64,000 nucleotides of DNA from assembly GCF_009914755.1 (NCBI RefSeq), contig NC_060946.1; one strand, 5' to 3'. This document shows, piece after piece, positions 39,832 through 55,432 of the stretch (position 1 is its first letter; each line of letters begins with the position of its first letter). Made by a program: the position numbers and the translations under genes. This DNA comes from the human T2T-CHM13v2.0 reference genome, Homo sapiens. The notes beneath the pieces are model-generated. The model saw only the letters and a list, made by a program, of their open reading frames with translations. It was not told the DNA's origin and ran no database searches.

Positions 39832-42439
39832 TTAACTTTACACTCAGCGACTTTTACTATGCAAATCGAGAAACCTAGTTTTATTTACCTTTTTCTCCGA
39901 GGGCAACAGTAAAGAGCATCCCACTCGCCCTGGAGAACTGGGGGAATGTCAGCCACGCTGATCCCCCCCCAGAAACCCTCAGCCTCAGTCCACACGCCTG
40001 TGGCTTGGCAGCTTCGCCATCACTGTGCCCAAGCAAAGTCGGCGTCCAGCTTTTCACTCGTTCAGTCTCGAGCACTGCCTGTGTGGCCACACAGCCCTTC
40101 AACTGCTCCTCTGCCATGCCTGAAGAATAATTATTCGGGAAGCCTCCAGAAGTTCACCACTTCGAAACAGAAACCCCAGCACTGCCAGGACTCCCTGTGA
40201 TTGGTGGCGGTGCTGAGTGCGGACAGCAGGATGCAGCAAGAGTGCTCGGGTGATTAGGGGAAGTGAGCAGGTTCTCGTTCCAACAGGATCCCCAAGAAGG
40301 CGCTGGGAACCGGCAGGCTACTTTCAGGAGTGTGGGGAGATGCGCCAGCGGGAAGCCGGCCCAGCTCCAGCTCTTCCTAACAAGACTGCCTCCCTGCCGC
40401 CTGCCTCGCGATTCCCCAGTACAACATTAATCACCCGGCTCCCAGCCGTGTTTCTGCAGAAGGAGCTCTTTCTAATTCAGCTGCTCCAGCCAGGAGGAGC
40501 CATAAGTAGAACAGGTGGAAGTGCGTGCTGACTCTGCTATTCCCTTCTCCATCCTGTATTAGACCAGTTTCCCTTATCATTAAATAAAAACACGAAACAA
40601 AGACAAATGAGGGAAGGTGGTCTCTCATTTATCACCCAGACCCAGCCTCCCTGTGTCAGCCCTCCCCGGGTGGAAGTGCTCCTGGAAAAGCTGCAATAGA
40701 GATAACAAATTGGGAAAATCCGCCTTCACATCACGTCAGGGGCAAGCGGCATCGCACCTGGGAGGTGGCACTAGGTGAGGGAGGGGAGTACGGGGGCTGC
40801 GTCTCTGCTCTTTGGGGAGGCAGCATTCACCGTTTAGCGGGCAGCCAGCCACAGGGCCGTCCTCACTCCACAGGCAGATGTGGGGCAAACAAAGCAGTGC
40901 TAATGTCTTTCTATCGTGGCTGAGTGAATTTTAGGCTGGTCTTCTCATGAGTGATCAAGATGGGAGAAGATGAAAAGACCCCAACCCCTAAAGCTTGAAG
41001 GCACAAAAATGCATCCATCAACCCAGGAGGTGGAATCAAATAGCCCTCCAGTGAGGTGGACTAGAGAACGCCCAGCTGGAAGGGAGGCGCTTCCGTGACC
41101 ATCTGCTGTGTGGGGCCCACACTGGCCGCCTCCCTGGAATCCACCCCACAGGTAATGAGCAATCAGGTGTGTGCATCAAGCCACGTATAGGCTTCTCTAA
41201 GAAAGCTTGAACGCCAACAATGCTTTGCTCGGTATCAGGAAAGTCATAAAAAGAATCCCGCAATTCCAACTGAGCCCCTAGTCTGTGCCTTTCTGGACAT
41301 GGTGAAGCACTTTTTGGGAGACCCCGATTGAAAGTCATAGAACATCAGATCTGGAAGTCGCCAAACTCCCCACCTGCTGAGTGGGGGCTCCAGACCCCAC
41401 CCAGGGCTGAGGTCCCAAGAACATGATCTACTTGACGGACTGTCGGGGCTGACCTTGGACCAGGGCCAGGGTGGAAGGAGGTGTATTCACTCATTCATTC
41501 AACAGTAGGTGAATGCTTGGATAAATGGGACAGCCTGGGATGAAACCTTGAAAACTACACAGTCATTTGCCTCCGTGTAGCTCACCATTTTATTTTTTAG
41601 GGAAACAATTAACTAATAATTATAAAAATGCAATGGGTGGAGATGCAAATGTAGCATCGTGAATGGTGCAGATTTACATGGGAGCCCAAAGAGACAGGTC
41701 CCCTTGAGAGAAGGGAAGCTGAAAACAGAAAGAGGCCCTGGAAATGAGTCCCCTCTGCAACTCAGGGTAGACGAGGTCCCCGCAGACTGGGCGTGGAGTC
41801 ACGTGGAGCTTGGGGAGAACTTTAGGGTCAGGTCAGACCCCTGCCCTGAGGAGGCTTCCCTGAGGGCTCTCTGCCTCCCCCTCCCCAGCTACTTCCTGTT
41901 CTCTCACCTCCAGTCCCTCCCACCCATAACACCACTCCTTGCAGAACTGATCAATTCCTGGTCGCCACGATGCCTTCTGGGGTCAAGCAAAGCTCTCAGC
42001 CTCGACAGTGAAGGTCCAAGGCATTTTTTTCCTCTCTAATTCTGGCTGCTGCTCAGAGAGGAGAGTTGGGCTGGTGCAGTGCAGCAGGGTGAGCTCTGTT
42101 CCACGCAGCGGGGAAGGGGCTCCTAACCTGAGCTGTGACTGGCTGCCCACACAAATCCATCCACTGTGAAGATTTTTCTAAACATTGTCCCTTCTGCCAA
42201 CCATGACTCATCCATCCACTTACCCAACTCATTCAACAGAGAGGTGTTGGACCTTCACCACGAGCCGGGCAATGGCTTACCCTAGACATGCACAGCCCTC
42301 CTGCTAACAATTTTAACATGGCATTTTCTCTACTTTCTCAACAAAGTATCTCTAGGCAGTCAGCTCTGAACCTAACTCTCTTCCCCTTTGCCCTGGGAGT
42401 CGGGCAGAGGGAGCCCTGTGGGAATTCCATTTCCTGGAA

Positions 42440-43650
42440 CCCATTTGATCATTTCTGTTTTTGGAAATAGCATACATGTATCGAACTTTTTTCCTAATTT
42501 ATTAGAATATGCTGACAGTTGTATACAGCTTAAATGTATACATTTCACCCTCATCTATGTGATTATCATGTTTTATTTCGCTTTATGATTTGAGTTCCTA
42601 GGAAATTCAGATTTTTATTTTTTAAAGTACACAGCACAATCAATGTTTATAAATTCAGTTGTTCCCTAATTTATTAATTTCTTCTTTCATCCTTATTATT
42701 CCCTTCCTCCTGATTTATTCAGTATTTTCCATTATTTCCCTAAGTTTCTCAATTGACAGGATATTAATATACTGTTTTCTTTTCATCTTAAGGCTGTGAA
42801 TGTACCTTAAAGTATACCTTTGGCCAATTATCACATTTTATATGTTGTTAGAATAAATATCCAGAAATGCTCTATTAGCCGTATACACACAATCATGACA
42901 GAAAAAATAGTACTTCCCTGACCAGTTATTTGAACTAATGTTACTGAAGTTTTTACCCTTCCCATGGAAAACAAACTTTGAGATTGTGTTACTAAACTCC
43001 TCATTAATTTTACTGTTAGATACATTGATCAATGTGTTTTGATAATTTCTTGACATTTTCTTTATGGCCTAGTATCACCTTTTGTGAGCTTCCCATCCAT
43101 GTTTGACTAGTCATTTTCTTCAAATATATAGTATAAAACTCTATATTTAGATACATTTATCAACGTATGTTTTGATAATTTCTTGACATTTTCTTTATGG
43201 CCTAGTATCAACTTTTGTGAGCTTCCCATCAATGTTTGACAAGTCATTTTATTCAGATATATAGTATAAAACTCTATCTGTATGCGAATATTGATGTGTA
43301 GGTATTTACTTACGTGTTTGGTCCCATATATTATAGAATGATCCATGTAATGTGTTATCATCATTTACTTTCATTTTTATTGAGTCATCATTGCATGCCA
43401 AGAGTTTTTACTGTGATTTACATTTGTTTTTTCAAGTGTTTTTTACAGCTCTTCTGTGTGTTTAGATATTTTATGATGTGACATGGAAATGTTTCTTTTT
43501 TAAAACATAGATTCTGTCTTCTATCCATGAGAAATAATCATCGCTTTTCTTTTTACAGCTCTGCTTTCTCTATTTTGTCCTGTATTAATGTTGCCACACA
43601 ACATATCACAAATAACCTTCAAAATACAGATAGCAAATGACATCATTGTA
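42440..43650 (-). mobile_element. Ancient L1M ORF2 fragment with an internal ~131-bp tandem duplication (43016-43277)
   Basis: AT-rich; minus-strand translation GSSQKLILGHKENVKKLSK resembles the L1 endonuclease motif (SKIDHILGHKxxLxK); TTAGATACATT.ATCAA recurs at 43016 and 43147. Confidence 0.6.
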
Positions 43651-44284
43651 CTTTCTACATTCTGGGACTGTCCTAAGTCCTTCGCCGATGGAGGTGCTTT
43701 CAAATGTTCCTCGGGGTTAAATGGCCACGGAGCATTCGGAGGCTGCGCGAGCCCGTCCATTCCTGCGACTCCCTACACATGCGGGTGACGGTCACACGCT
43801 GCCACTGCTAGCCCTCCCGCCCTGGGACCCTTCTGTGCCTGCCCCTTTCATGGGTGGCCACATCTCCCTGGGTCAGAAAACCTGCACATTCATATAACAC
43901 TGCTGGGTTTTAACCTGCTGCCACCATGCCTGGCCTGCTCCAAATTTATTAGCCTTGCTAATACCAGAGGTTTCCTCTTTTTAATGTCCTAAGCCATGCA
44001 CAGGTGTGTGTGAAAGAGAGCTGAGCATCTGCACGTGTGTGGCTGAAGCTGCATTATTGCTGGAAGCTGAAGATGCATAGGCATCTGAGGAGGCCTCATG
44101 GATGCCGCCACCCCCACCTCCCCCCTTGTGGGATTGAAAACGCTTTGTGCACCGTCTTTAGCTCCAATACGTTTTCCCACCTGTCCAAGTACTAGTGTCT
44201 GAGAGGCTGGATTCCCTGGGTGTACAGACCTGGCTCAGTCTCTGTAGGAGATGATCTCACCTGGGATTCTGCACAAGAAGAGGA

Positions 44285-44437
44285 AGCCCCACCACAGAGT
44301 GACCGTGAGCCCTGTGCAAGGAAGTCAACCACAGACATCCAAGCCTGCCCCAGCCACTCCAGCCCCACCACAGAGTGACCGTGAGCCCTGTGCAAGGAAG
44401 TCAACCATGGACATCCAACCCTGCCCCAGCCAGTCCA
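44285..44437. repeat. Tandem duplication, 76-bp unit x2
   Basis: AGCCCCACCACAGAGTGACCGTGAGCCCTGTGCAAGGAAGTCAACCA at 44285 and 44361. Confidence 0.92.
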
Positions 44438-44479
44438 GGCCTGGGGAAGACTCCTGCTCCAGCTCCAGGTGCCTCCTGA

Positions 44480-44947
<468 letters not shown>

Positions 44948-45104
44948 TGAAATCCCCTTCTCACAGGATAGACCCTGTCAGCTGCAGGTCTCACCACCTC
45001 TGCTCAGGCCCAGCTGTGCATTCCGTGGACCCTGCGGAATGTCTTGCTGTAGAGCAACGTCTGTGCAGCCATGGAGCGGAGGGAGGGCCTTAAAGACACA
45101 CCTA

Positions 45105-45611
<507 letters not shown>

Positions 45612-48044
45612 TTAATCACCTAAAGACTTAAGGAGAGACAAGCGTGGGATGCCCCACTCCCCAGGTCAGGGGCACCGTGCCACGTGGGAGCCGGTGGAGA
45701 GTGAGTCAAAAGCGCTTGGTGACTGCGCGGGGCAGGCCTCCACCTGAGCCCCGCCGTCCACACTGCCAGCCTGGAGCCTCCATCTCTCTGCGCCCTCAGG
45801 CACCGGGTGGGCTCCCAGCCTGAGGCCCTGAAGCTGCCTTTTCTATGGATGGCCCCTTTCTTGCTGGAGGCCTGGAACGCCATCGCGGCTGCGGGGGAGC
45901 TGTAGAACCGCGCCACGCGTTTCCATGCAACGAGGCTCCTCAAGATGCAGAGGAAGGAAGGGGGTTTCATCTAAGATGATAAATCGTCTGTGCTGCAGGT
46001 TCTACAAGGCTCGGTCGGTTGTCACTGCGATAAAATCTGATCAAACAGTGTCATCCAGCAGGGAAAGGAGCCGGCAGTTCCCAGGAGGCGGGACCCACTG
46101 GCGCTCTGCAGCCTGCTTCGGCCGCCAGGAAAATCGGCTCAGTTTAGACTCCAAAGGGGCGCCTCCTGGTTCGCCTTTTATTTACACCAGGCCATCCTCC
46201 TGCCGGCGCGGGGGCTGGAGAATCCCTTCCCTGCTCCAACCTGCCCTCTCTCTGCCTCCTTCATTTTTCCAGACCACTTTCATTTCACAAGAGCACAATT
46301 TGAATCATTATCAGCTTCCGACAGTTGCTTCAGCCTCTGCTATCTTCCCCGAACAAAAGCGACAATATTCAATTCAACCTGCGTGTGTGTCAAAGGGAAA
46401 TGCAGCTGATTAAGCTCTGGAGGCCTCATCTCATAGGGATTAAACGCACAGGCCCACACTATGTCTCATTTTGGACACACCCAGCTCTGCGCAACGCCGG
46501 TTGGCTTCAGAAAGTTGACAGTGAGAAGCCTGAATTCTTTAGAGCACCACAATGATACTCAAAGGGCAGCTGCCCAGGGCAGATTGCATGATAAACCCAG
46601 AGTATTTGCGAATGGAAAACACACTTCCATGCAACGCTTCACGTCGTGGGGATTCTGTGGCTGCTTTTCCCTGCGGTCAGCCTCAGGGCTCCTGGCCTCC
46701 CTCCTGTGGGAGGTGAAGGCCACTCTGTGTGAGTCTGTCTTGGGCTGGACCTCAGGTGCAGCTGGGAATCTTATCAAGTCGTAAGTCAATCTCTCAACAA
46801 ATATGTGCAATAGCAACGGTCCCCCCGGGCTTCCCAAGCACCCGGAGTCGGGGCTAATGGGAGGAAAGACAGAGAAATGCTCATTGTGTTCAAGGGGCAT
46901 CTGCCGCGAAGTGAGCCCTGCCCGGGAATCGGATGGAGGCTGCTCTCAGCTCCTCGGCCCCAGTGCCGGGTGACCTTGGCCCACCTGCTTCCCTTCACCG
47001 GGACTCAATTTCCTCAGCCGTTCAATGAAGGGGTTGGGCTGGGTGACCCCGGAGGCTCCTTCCCTCTCTACTTTATGATCACGATTGTGCGGTATTGACC
47101 GTGGCGGGGCAGGTCGTTTCAGCTCCGCGTGCAGCGCGGCTCTGTGCATTGATCTCAGCACCACTTCTCCAGTTATCCAAAGCTGACGTCCCAATGTGAC
47201 TTTCGCTGGGCATAAAACAAGCAGCGCGATATTGTTTTCAGTAATTTTAACTTCATAATTATGTTTACGGTGGTGCAATAGCATTACCAGGATTTGAAAG
47301 GGCTTCGGGGTGTGAAGGAGCCGCCCGCAGCCCCTGCCAGTGCCCGTTTTCCCTGCGACCCACTCCCATCCTGGCCTTCGTGATCCACGCGTGTCAGGAC
47401 ACTCAGGGTGTTTCACCGTCCTGCGCTTTCCCAGATGCTTTTCTCTCTCCCACATCTCTCTCCAGTCTGTCCAGCTCACTGGATTTCTCAATCGCTGCCC
47501 TAATCCAGGTCGCCTCTATGGGCCCCCAGGTGACCCCAGCGGCCTCCTATCTGGGCACCCTCCTCCCCTTCTGCACTGCCCTGTGGCTGGGACACTCAGG
47601 CGGGCCTCAGCTGGGCAGCAGGGTCCACACTGACCCCTGAAGGCAGTGGAGTAATGGGGGGCTCTGGCAGGGGCTGGCAGCATCATGTCTGCTCTGCAGA
47701 GATATCACCCAGCTCTGGTGGTGAGGTCTGGAGGTTCATCTGGGACTAACGCTTTGCCAGGCCAGCATGTGAAAGGGGAGGAAGATGGCATGGAGGGCAT
47801 TTGCTGGGATCCAGAGCAGAGAAAGGAGGAGAGGGAAGCAGAGAAACCAAAGGAGCTGGCAGGGGGTGGTACTAGGGGTACAGGGAAGGACCAAGACAAG
47901 GCCCATAATTCCAGAGGGACCCAGGGAACCAAGGTGGGGATAAGGCTGTTTCTGACATTGGCAGGTCCTGTCATTGTCCCTTGAGAACTGAGGCAGGATA
48001 GAGGGAGGGTCGCTGGGTAGGAGGCATGGAGGAGCCAGGAGGTC

Positions 48045-48395
48045 AGGGTGCACGTGGCTCATCCTCTATGCTGGGAGGGCAGGGTGCATGAGGTCCATCC
48101 TCCATGCTGGGAGGGTAGGGTGGACGTGGCCTGACCTCCATACTGAGAGGGCAGAGTGCACGTGGCCTGACCTTCATGCTGGGAAGGCAGGGTAGAGGCA
48201 GTCCAACCTCCATGCTGGGAGGGCAAGGTGCATGTGGTCCAACCTCCATGCTGGGAGGTCAGAGTGCACCTGATACGACCTCCATGCTGGGAGGGCAGAG
48301 TGCACGTGATCCATCCTCCATGATGGGAGGGCAGGGTGCACATGATCCATCCTCCAGGCTGGGAGGAAGGGGTGGACGTGGCTCATTCTCCAGGC
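48045..48395. repeat. Minisatellite, ~36-bp unit x~9
   Basis: GGTGCACGTGG..CATCCTCCATGCTGGGAGGGCAG repeated. Confidence 0.93.
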
Positions 48396-48451
48396 TGGTG
48401 GGGCCACTCTGATAATGACAAAGCAGGCAGTAGGGACTCCTGCAACCCAGT

Positions 48452-48825
48452 GTGAGGTTGTGGGTGAGGGTTGGAATTGCCCCCACATTCATGTATTGAG
48501 ATCTAAACCCCCAGCTCCTCAGAATGTGACTGTATGTGGAGGCTGGGTCTTTAAAGAGGTAATTAAGTTAAACTGAGGTCATTTGGGTGAGTCCTAACAC
48601 AATATGACTAGTGTCCTCATAAGAAGGGGAGATGAGGGCACAGAACAGGCACAGAGGGACATCTGTGTGAGGACACAAGGAGGGGAAAACGTCTACAAGC
48701 CAAGGAGAGGCCTTGGGAGGAACGAGCCCCACCCACACCTTAATCTTGGACTTCCAGCCTCCAGGATAGTGAGAGGATAAATCTGTGTTGTTTAAGCCAA
48801 CCATTGGTCATGGCACCCTCCAGAC
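48452..48825 (+). mobile_element. MLT1B-type LTR
   Basis: CCTCAGAATGTGACTGTAT..GGGTCTTTAAAGAGGTAATTAAGTTAAA..GTCTACAAGCCAAGGAGAGGCC..TTGGACTTCCAGCCTCCAG..TGTTGTTTAAGCCA. Confidence 0.85.
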
Positions 48826-51800
48826 GCTGATCCATCCTCCCGATGCTGATCCGTGAAACCTCAAAGGTTCTGTCTCATTTACCTTTGAGTCCCCCACCTC
48901 CTGCCAGACACTTGCTCTGTACATAGACAGTGCTGACTTACATCTGTTACTCAGTGTGACGTCAGCTGTCCCTCAGCAGCCATGAAGATATCCTTCAAGT
49001 TCAACAAGAACTTGTCATCCCCCAGTGAAAGCGTGCAATGCCTCCTCCACCTACTAACACAGCAGCGCACAGAGCTGCCTCCCGCTGCCTCCAGCCACCC
49101 TCCCTCTGCCTGCCTCGCTCTCGCTAAGTGTCTGTGAGGTGTGAAGTGTGCTGCGTGCGCTACCAGGACTGCATCCCTTCATGGGCTCCCCCGTGCTAAC
49201 CCACACCCTCCGTGGACATGCCTATCTCTACGTGGAAATCTCCAACTCGCTACTGGACTCATGGTTCAGTAATCACTGTCCTAAAGGAAAAACACACCTG
49301 CCACCATCTCAAAGTTAGCATGGGAGCGTCTTATGAAAAACAGACAACCCCTTCTAAATGTTTTCCATAGTGAGGGTGCTGCTGTGTATTCGTGAAAACC
49401 TGAATGCTTTTTCACCTCCTTCGCCTCCCTGTCTTCTCTCCAGAAGGAATTTATCAGGAGCCATAAAAGAATTCCCAAGGACAGACACCGAAAATGGGTC
49501 AGCCGTGGTGACAAATCACTGAAGGTGTTCCCAGCATTGTCCTGGCTGTTTGGAAATGGCCTCAGGATGCTCCATTATTTAGGTAGGAGGGGGCCCAGAA
49601 GAGCCCTTGAATGGCTATTTTCTTACAGGGAAACCAGGGGGCCTGGAGAGGGGGCAGGTGTCACGCCCTCCCAGGAAGACTTTGCTCAACTCTCCTTCAG
49701 GTGCAGGAGGTGTGGATGCCCACACTCCATGGACTCCCATGTGTAAGGTCACAGGCGGGACTATGGCTGCAGGGCCCCCTGCTCATCACCCAGATGTCTC
49801 CAAACCAGTTCTCTGTGGCTCCTCAGATGGGGCCTTGGAGTCCAGCTTTGTCCAGAGGCCCAGCAAGCCCGACCCTCAGCCCTGCAAGGCACCAGGAGTC
49901 CTGGAAAGCCACTCATCCCCAAATCATGGCAGCCACAGCCATGAGAGCCGTGGGTTTCCCTGGTCTTGAAGAGACAATGCCCCTCCAGGTAGGTGATCCT
50001 TTCTTCCCGAGAGAGTGAGAGGGAGGGGGAAGGAACCAGAAGAGGTTAAATCCACAGGCTCTGGCTCACAAGCCACAGTCAGAGGAGGAGCCCATGGATT
50101 TCACGACATCCGGCTCCCCGGGCCTCATGTCCACCACCACCGACACTGAATGGCAGATGGCGTCCATGGAAGCTCAGCCACAGGACCCAACTGGCGACAG
50201 CTGGACTCTGGTGTGAGGGTCTCCCATCCTCTTCTCTGGGGGCTTCTCCCTTTGAGTTGTATCTTGGGGTCCTGCCTAACTCAGGGTGCCTGCGTTCTTT
50301 GCAGAGCAGCTCTTTGGGGTTTAATCAGCTTGTGCTGGTGTGGGGAAGCCGCGTTATGATCTGATAAATGTATCATGTGTGGCATTGCACTTGTTGGTTA
50401 TGAAAAATCAGCTGTTGCCTGGTAACCAAAATTGTCAGCTCCCAAACCTCGAAGGCCACGGAGCCAGGCCTGATGGCTTCTAAGGAGCCATAGCCAAGGC
50501 TGAGGAACAAAACCTGATGAGCCTGGGACATGGGGGCCAGAGACACCCTCAGTTCTCATTCAAAGTTTTCCCACAAAGAAAACAAATCAGGGAACCTCAG
50601 GGCTGTGGTTTGTAGCTGCATCCAGCTTTCAGAGAGAAGTGGGGAGGAAGCTCTTCCAGGCTCCTTGTGGTCCCAGCAGCCACACAGGGACAGGTATCAT
50701 GTGTGGGAGTAGCAGCTGCCATTCGTGCCGGGTCTTGGGGGGACCCTGAGCTCATTCCCAGTGTCTGGGCAGCCCACCCCCCACAGGCAGTGCCCACATT
50801 GTGCCTGGGCTCAGGAGTGGCCCTAGATGGCCCTAGACATCACAGTCCAGTGAGCTTGGCAGGGGGGCATCTGCTTCCAAGACTTTCTCTGGGTGCCTCT
50901 CCCCCAGTGGCCTGGCCCCTCTGTGGGGTCCATCAGCCACCCCAAAGGCCACAGACCTCAACTCAGGCATGATAATTGAGGGAGGAATGTAAAAATTCCC
51001 CTGGGAACGAGAGCCAGACCATGACCCTAGGCTGCATTCTCTGTCCCTTTCCCCTCCCAGGCACCTCATCATTGAGGCCTAGACCTGTCTCCGTGTCCCA
51101 GCCTCAGGGTCCTCCTCCCCTTCTCCACATATACCCCACCCCTCATGGACAGATCACAGCGAGCTGGAATCACACGTGTACCACCTCCCTCGCTTTTGCC
51201 CAGCAAGTGTGGAACACTGGGTTTTACTGTGTTGCCTTTATAGTAAATAGCTCATGTAAAAAGACTTATGGCCTAAAATTATGTTAATAAACTCATGTGT
51301 GAAATCATCTGTCGAGAGAGGAAACGTCACTGGCCTCTTGGGATTGTGAGAATTGAACTAAAGGCTGTGGAGGCTTGTTGTGAAAAGGAATAGAAACCTG
51401 AGTCTTCTCTGCCCCAGGCTCGGTGCCTTTGAACCCTCAGGGGTGGCAGGAGCTGTCCCAGGTGCTGAAGATGTCAGGGAAGCAAGGGAGCGGCGGGGTA
51501 GGGAACCCCCGCTGCAGAGCCGCGAAGCATTTGTTGGGCAGGGTGACCTCCTTCGTTAACTCGGTAGGCTGCCCCAGATTCATATTCTGCTCACCCGTGC
51601 ATCAGGCATTCATTTTTTCACTCATTCATTCATTCACATGCCGGGTCTTGGCCATCAGTGTCACCTTCTTACTACACTCCATGCCTTGCTTGACCTCACC
51701 TCCACCAGGCTGGCAGAGGGGGCGGCACACACACCTGCCGCACTCACTGTTGGCCCTCTCTGGAGCCGTTTGCAGGGGCTTTCTCCGTGTCTTTCCAGTA

Positions 51801-52824
51801 GACACAGCATGGACCCTGTAGCCAGACGTGTGAGTTCATCTGGGCTCCACCACTTCCAGCTGTGAGACCCTGGGACAGTCACGTAGACCTTGGAGACCTC
51901 GTAAGATGGTTATGATAATTAAGTTGATTCATAGACTCAACCCCTTGGAAACGGCGCTCTCCATATAAGTGTGATGTGCTGCCTGCCCTTATTCTTACCA
52001 GGTCCCTGACGGCCTTGTGACAGGGCCCTGGGCTCATTTGCCGTTTAACCCCCACACCTATGGACACTGTGCACACCCCTGCCACCACATGAGGCCTTCT
52101 GCACCTCTGCACCCCAGCCTCTCATCCTGAGGCTTAGTTTGTGATTCTGTAATGACATATTCTCCACCTACCTCCGCCCGCTAAAGTGCAAATCCCACCA
52201 GGCCTGGGCCTTGGTCATTGTCTCCCCAGGGAGCTCCAGGCCCCAGGACAGTGACCCATGCACAGCAGACACTCCCTCCATGGCTGCGGAATGGCTGTGT
52301 GGCTTCTGCAGAGATGTCTCCCACTTCAGGCTGACCTGCCTGGAGAAAGACAAGCCGCTTCTCTTCCATTATGCTTTAATTTCTAGAAGTTTCCTTGTTT
52401 GGGGGCAGGATTGCTACTTCCTTAGAATAATTTCCTTTCCTATTTTCAGCTTATAAACTTTGGAAGCAAACAAGCTCTCCTCCTGTAGAACGCACCCCGA
52501 CAGGAAAGCTGCCCACGCTGTGCTGCGCTGTCATTAATGAATTACCAGGATGGTGCAATGCTGTAAGCGCTCATCTGCTCCAAGCCGTTCCCAGGGAGCG
52601 CAGCTTTTCTGGGCTGGATGCCAGGACAGCCGGGCAGCCCCTGGAGGGGTGGGGGAGGGGAGCTACAGCCCAGGGGCCCTGCTTCAGTGTCGGGAATGTG
52701 TGTGCTTCCTCCTGCTCAATCGCTTTCATCCCAAATCTTTTGTATTTCCCATTGATCCATGTCTAGAATGGACAGAGCAGCAGGAACATTCAAGCCACTT
52801 CCCTGTAGGACGATTAGATCTTGA

Positions 52825-53144
<320 letters not shown>

Positions 53145-53752
53145 ATAATTTTTAATGCAGTAGAATACTGTCTACATTTTCTTAGCACTTAGACAACTCA
53201 TGGTTTCCAAGAGGACTCACGAGGATGAACATCCGCATCTCTGGGACCATTACTCTCACTCTGAACTGATGTTGGCAGAAGGGGAGTTCCTGCTTCTCTG
53301 GGGGACTGTGACCTCACAAGGGTGCCTGGTCTTGGTCATCATCATTAGATTCCTCAAACAGAGCCTGGGGCGAGGTTGGCCCAGCGTTGAACATGGCCCA
53401 GTGAAGATCAGGCGTGAAGTAGACGCAGGGGCCTGGCTTGGCCTTACAGCTGTGTCAGTCAATACTTGAGCTTCATTTTTAGTTTAACATGGACCTTGAG
53501 AGGAAATCATAATGTATCTCAACAAACACATGGAAAGAAGAACTTTTTACAATTTTTAAATGAAGTGAGACAAAAGCACCATGTGTGGTTCTCTAACACG
53601 GTGTCAGGGTGTTCCCTTTTCATAACAGTGGCCTTTAATAATCAGAGACTCACAACATTCAGCCCATGGCGGGCAACACTGTGGGCTTCACTCGTGTTAA
53701 CTCAGGCAGCCCTGACAAAAACTCTAAGAAACAGGTACAAGTATGACCACAG

Positions 53753-53872
53753 CTTATAGTTGAGGAAACCAAGGTATGGAGAGGTTGGGTGACTTGTCCC
53801 AGGCAAAGAGCCAGCAAGAGGCAGAGGTGGGATTTGAACCCCAACCATCCAGCCCCAGAATGGACGTTCTTA
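53753..53872 (-). mobile_element. MIR
   Basis: TGAGGAAACCAAGG..AGAGGTT..GTGACTTGTCCCAGG..GGCAGAGGTGGGATTTGAACCC is the MIR core, reversed. Confidence 0.85.
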
Positions 53873-55432
53873 GCCCCTCTGAGGCCATGCTGAATGTCCA
53901 GAAGCCAAGCGGGTCTGGAGGCCAAAAGTCACTCACATGCCTGTCTAACTGCGAGTTAGACTCCATTCTGAAGCATCAGAGCTGCGGGCTACAGACGGGA
54001 GGCAGATATTCCAAGGCCTGGCACTTCCAGCTCCCAGGGCAGGTCAGGGCCATGAGAGAGGTTGGCTCTGCTCATCAGAGCCTGGAGGGGGCTGGCAGCC
54101 AGTCTGGATGGAGAGAGTGGCCTCACTGAGGGTTCACTGACAATTTTGGGACACTATCAAGTGGGCAGAAGGCTGATTTTAGGCTGTCCTTGACTCTCAC
54201 CATGAAAAATAGTAACAGTGCTTGGATCCTGTTGGTGCAGGGTTATGGGTAGAAACTGTGCTAAACATCAATCTCTGGGGGAAAATGTAACTTTCAGATG
54301 AATATTAAGGGTGAGACCAAAAGAGATCCGGGCTCCATCTGGCCAGGACAGGGGGGTGTCAGTGAGTATTGTGGGGGTGCTTGGGGTGGCAAAAGGCTGG
54401 AGAAAGTCACCTCCGCCTGTGTACACCGAAGGCTGTCTGGCATCACCAAGGAGATCCTGTGATCAGAATTTATGTTCCTGCTTTTTCTGACAACCATCCC
54501 TTGATATCCTTCACTGAAGCATCTTCTCCTGCACCCAAAATGTGTCACCGTTTCTCATTTCTCCATGACCCCTGGGTCCCTCATGGTTGTATTGTCACCC
54601 ACACAACAGCACATAGGATCCTGTATCCATCTGCAGAGACTCCCTCAGCAGGCCCCACGGGTCTCATTCATCCACAATTGGTAACTGGCCTCCTTGACTC
54701 TGTGGCCAAAGATGTAGGTCTTGGATTCCTTGACCCACCACTTGTTCGTTGTGAAAGCTGGGGCCGGTGGAGGGGCCTCACTGACTATAGAAGGCAATGA
54801 TGTTACTGCCCAGCTCACAGGATGAGTGTGAGGACTGACCAGTATCCATCAGGAGCTTTGGAAACAGCACCTGCCATGCAGCTGATGCTGGTGCTTCCAT
54901 TCTGTGGATGGAGCCGTGTGGGTGCCCCAATAAGGCTGAGATTTTGCCCATCACCCTTGTACATTATTTGCGTGTTTTGCTCCTCTCCTGGGGAGGTCAA
55001 TTACAAAATGTCCTATGGTTTTTTAAGTCACAAAGCATCATCTCAATCAGTTGTTGAAACAAGCAGTCCTCCTCTCCCCTACAGCTGCCACAGCTCTGGA
55101 CTCCATTCACGTTTGCGGTTTTCCATCCCACATTGCAGGTTTGGGGCTGTGGGCAGGACTGCAGTTGGGCCGGGCGAGAAGTTGTCACCTTCCCTCCTTC
55201 CTGGCTCAGTGCCTGGTCCTCCCAGCCAGGACAGACACCCTCCAGGACTCCCGATGGTGGGGAAGGGGTGGCGGGGACAGACGAGGCAGCGGGAGGCATC
55301 CTGCTGGGCTGGCACCATGGCGGCCGGGACACACTGCCCCTTGGGGTGCAGCCGCTGTCTTAAGTTGACTCTTCCCATGGCTGGGATCTCCCCCTTGTCA
55401 TTCCCTCATATGCCCTAAGGTAGAGGGGTGTG

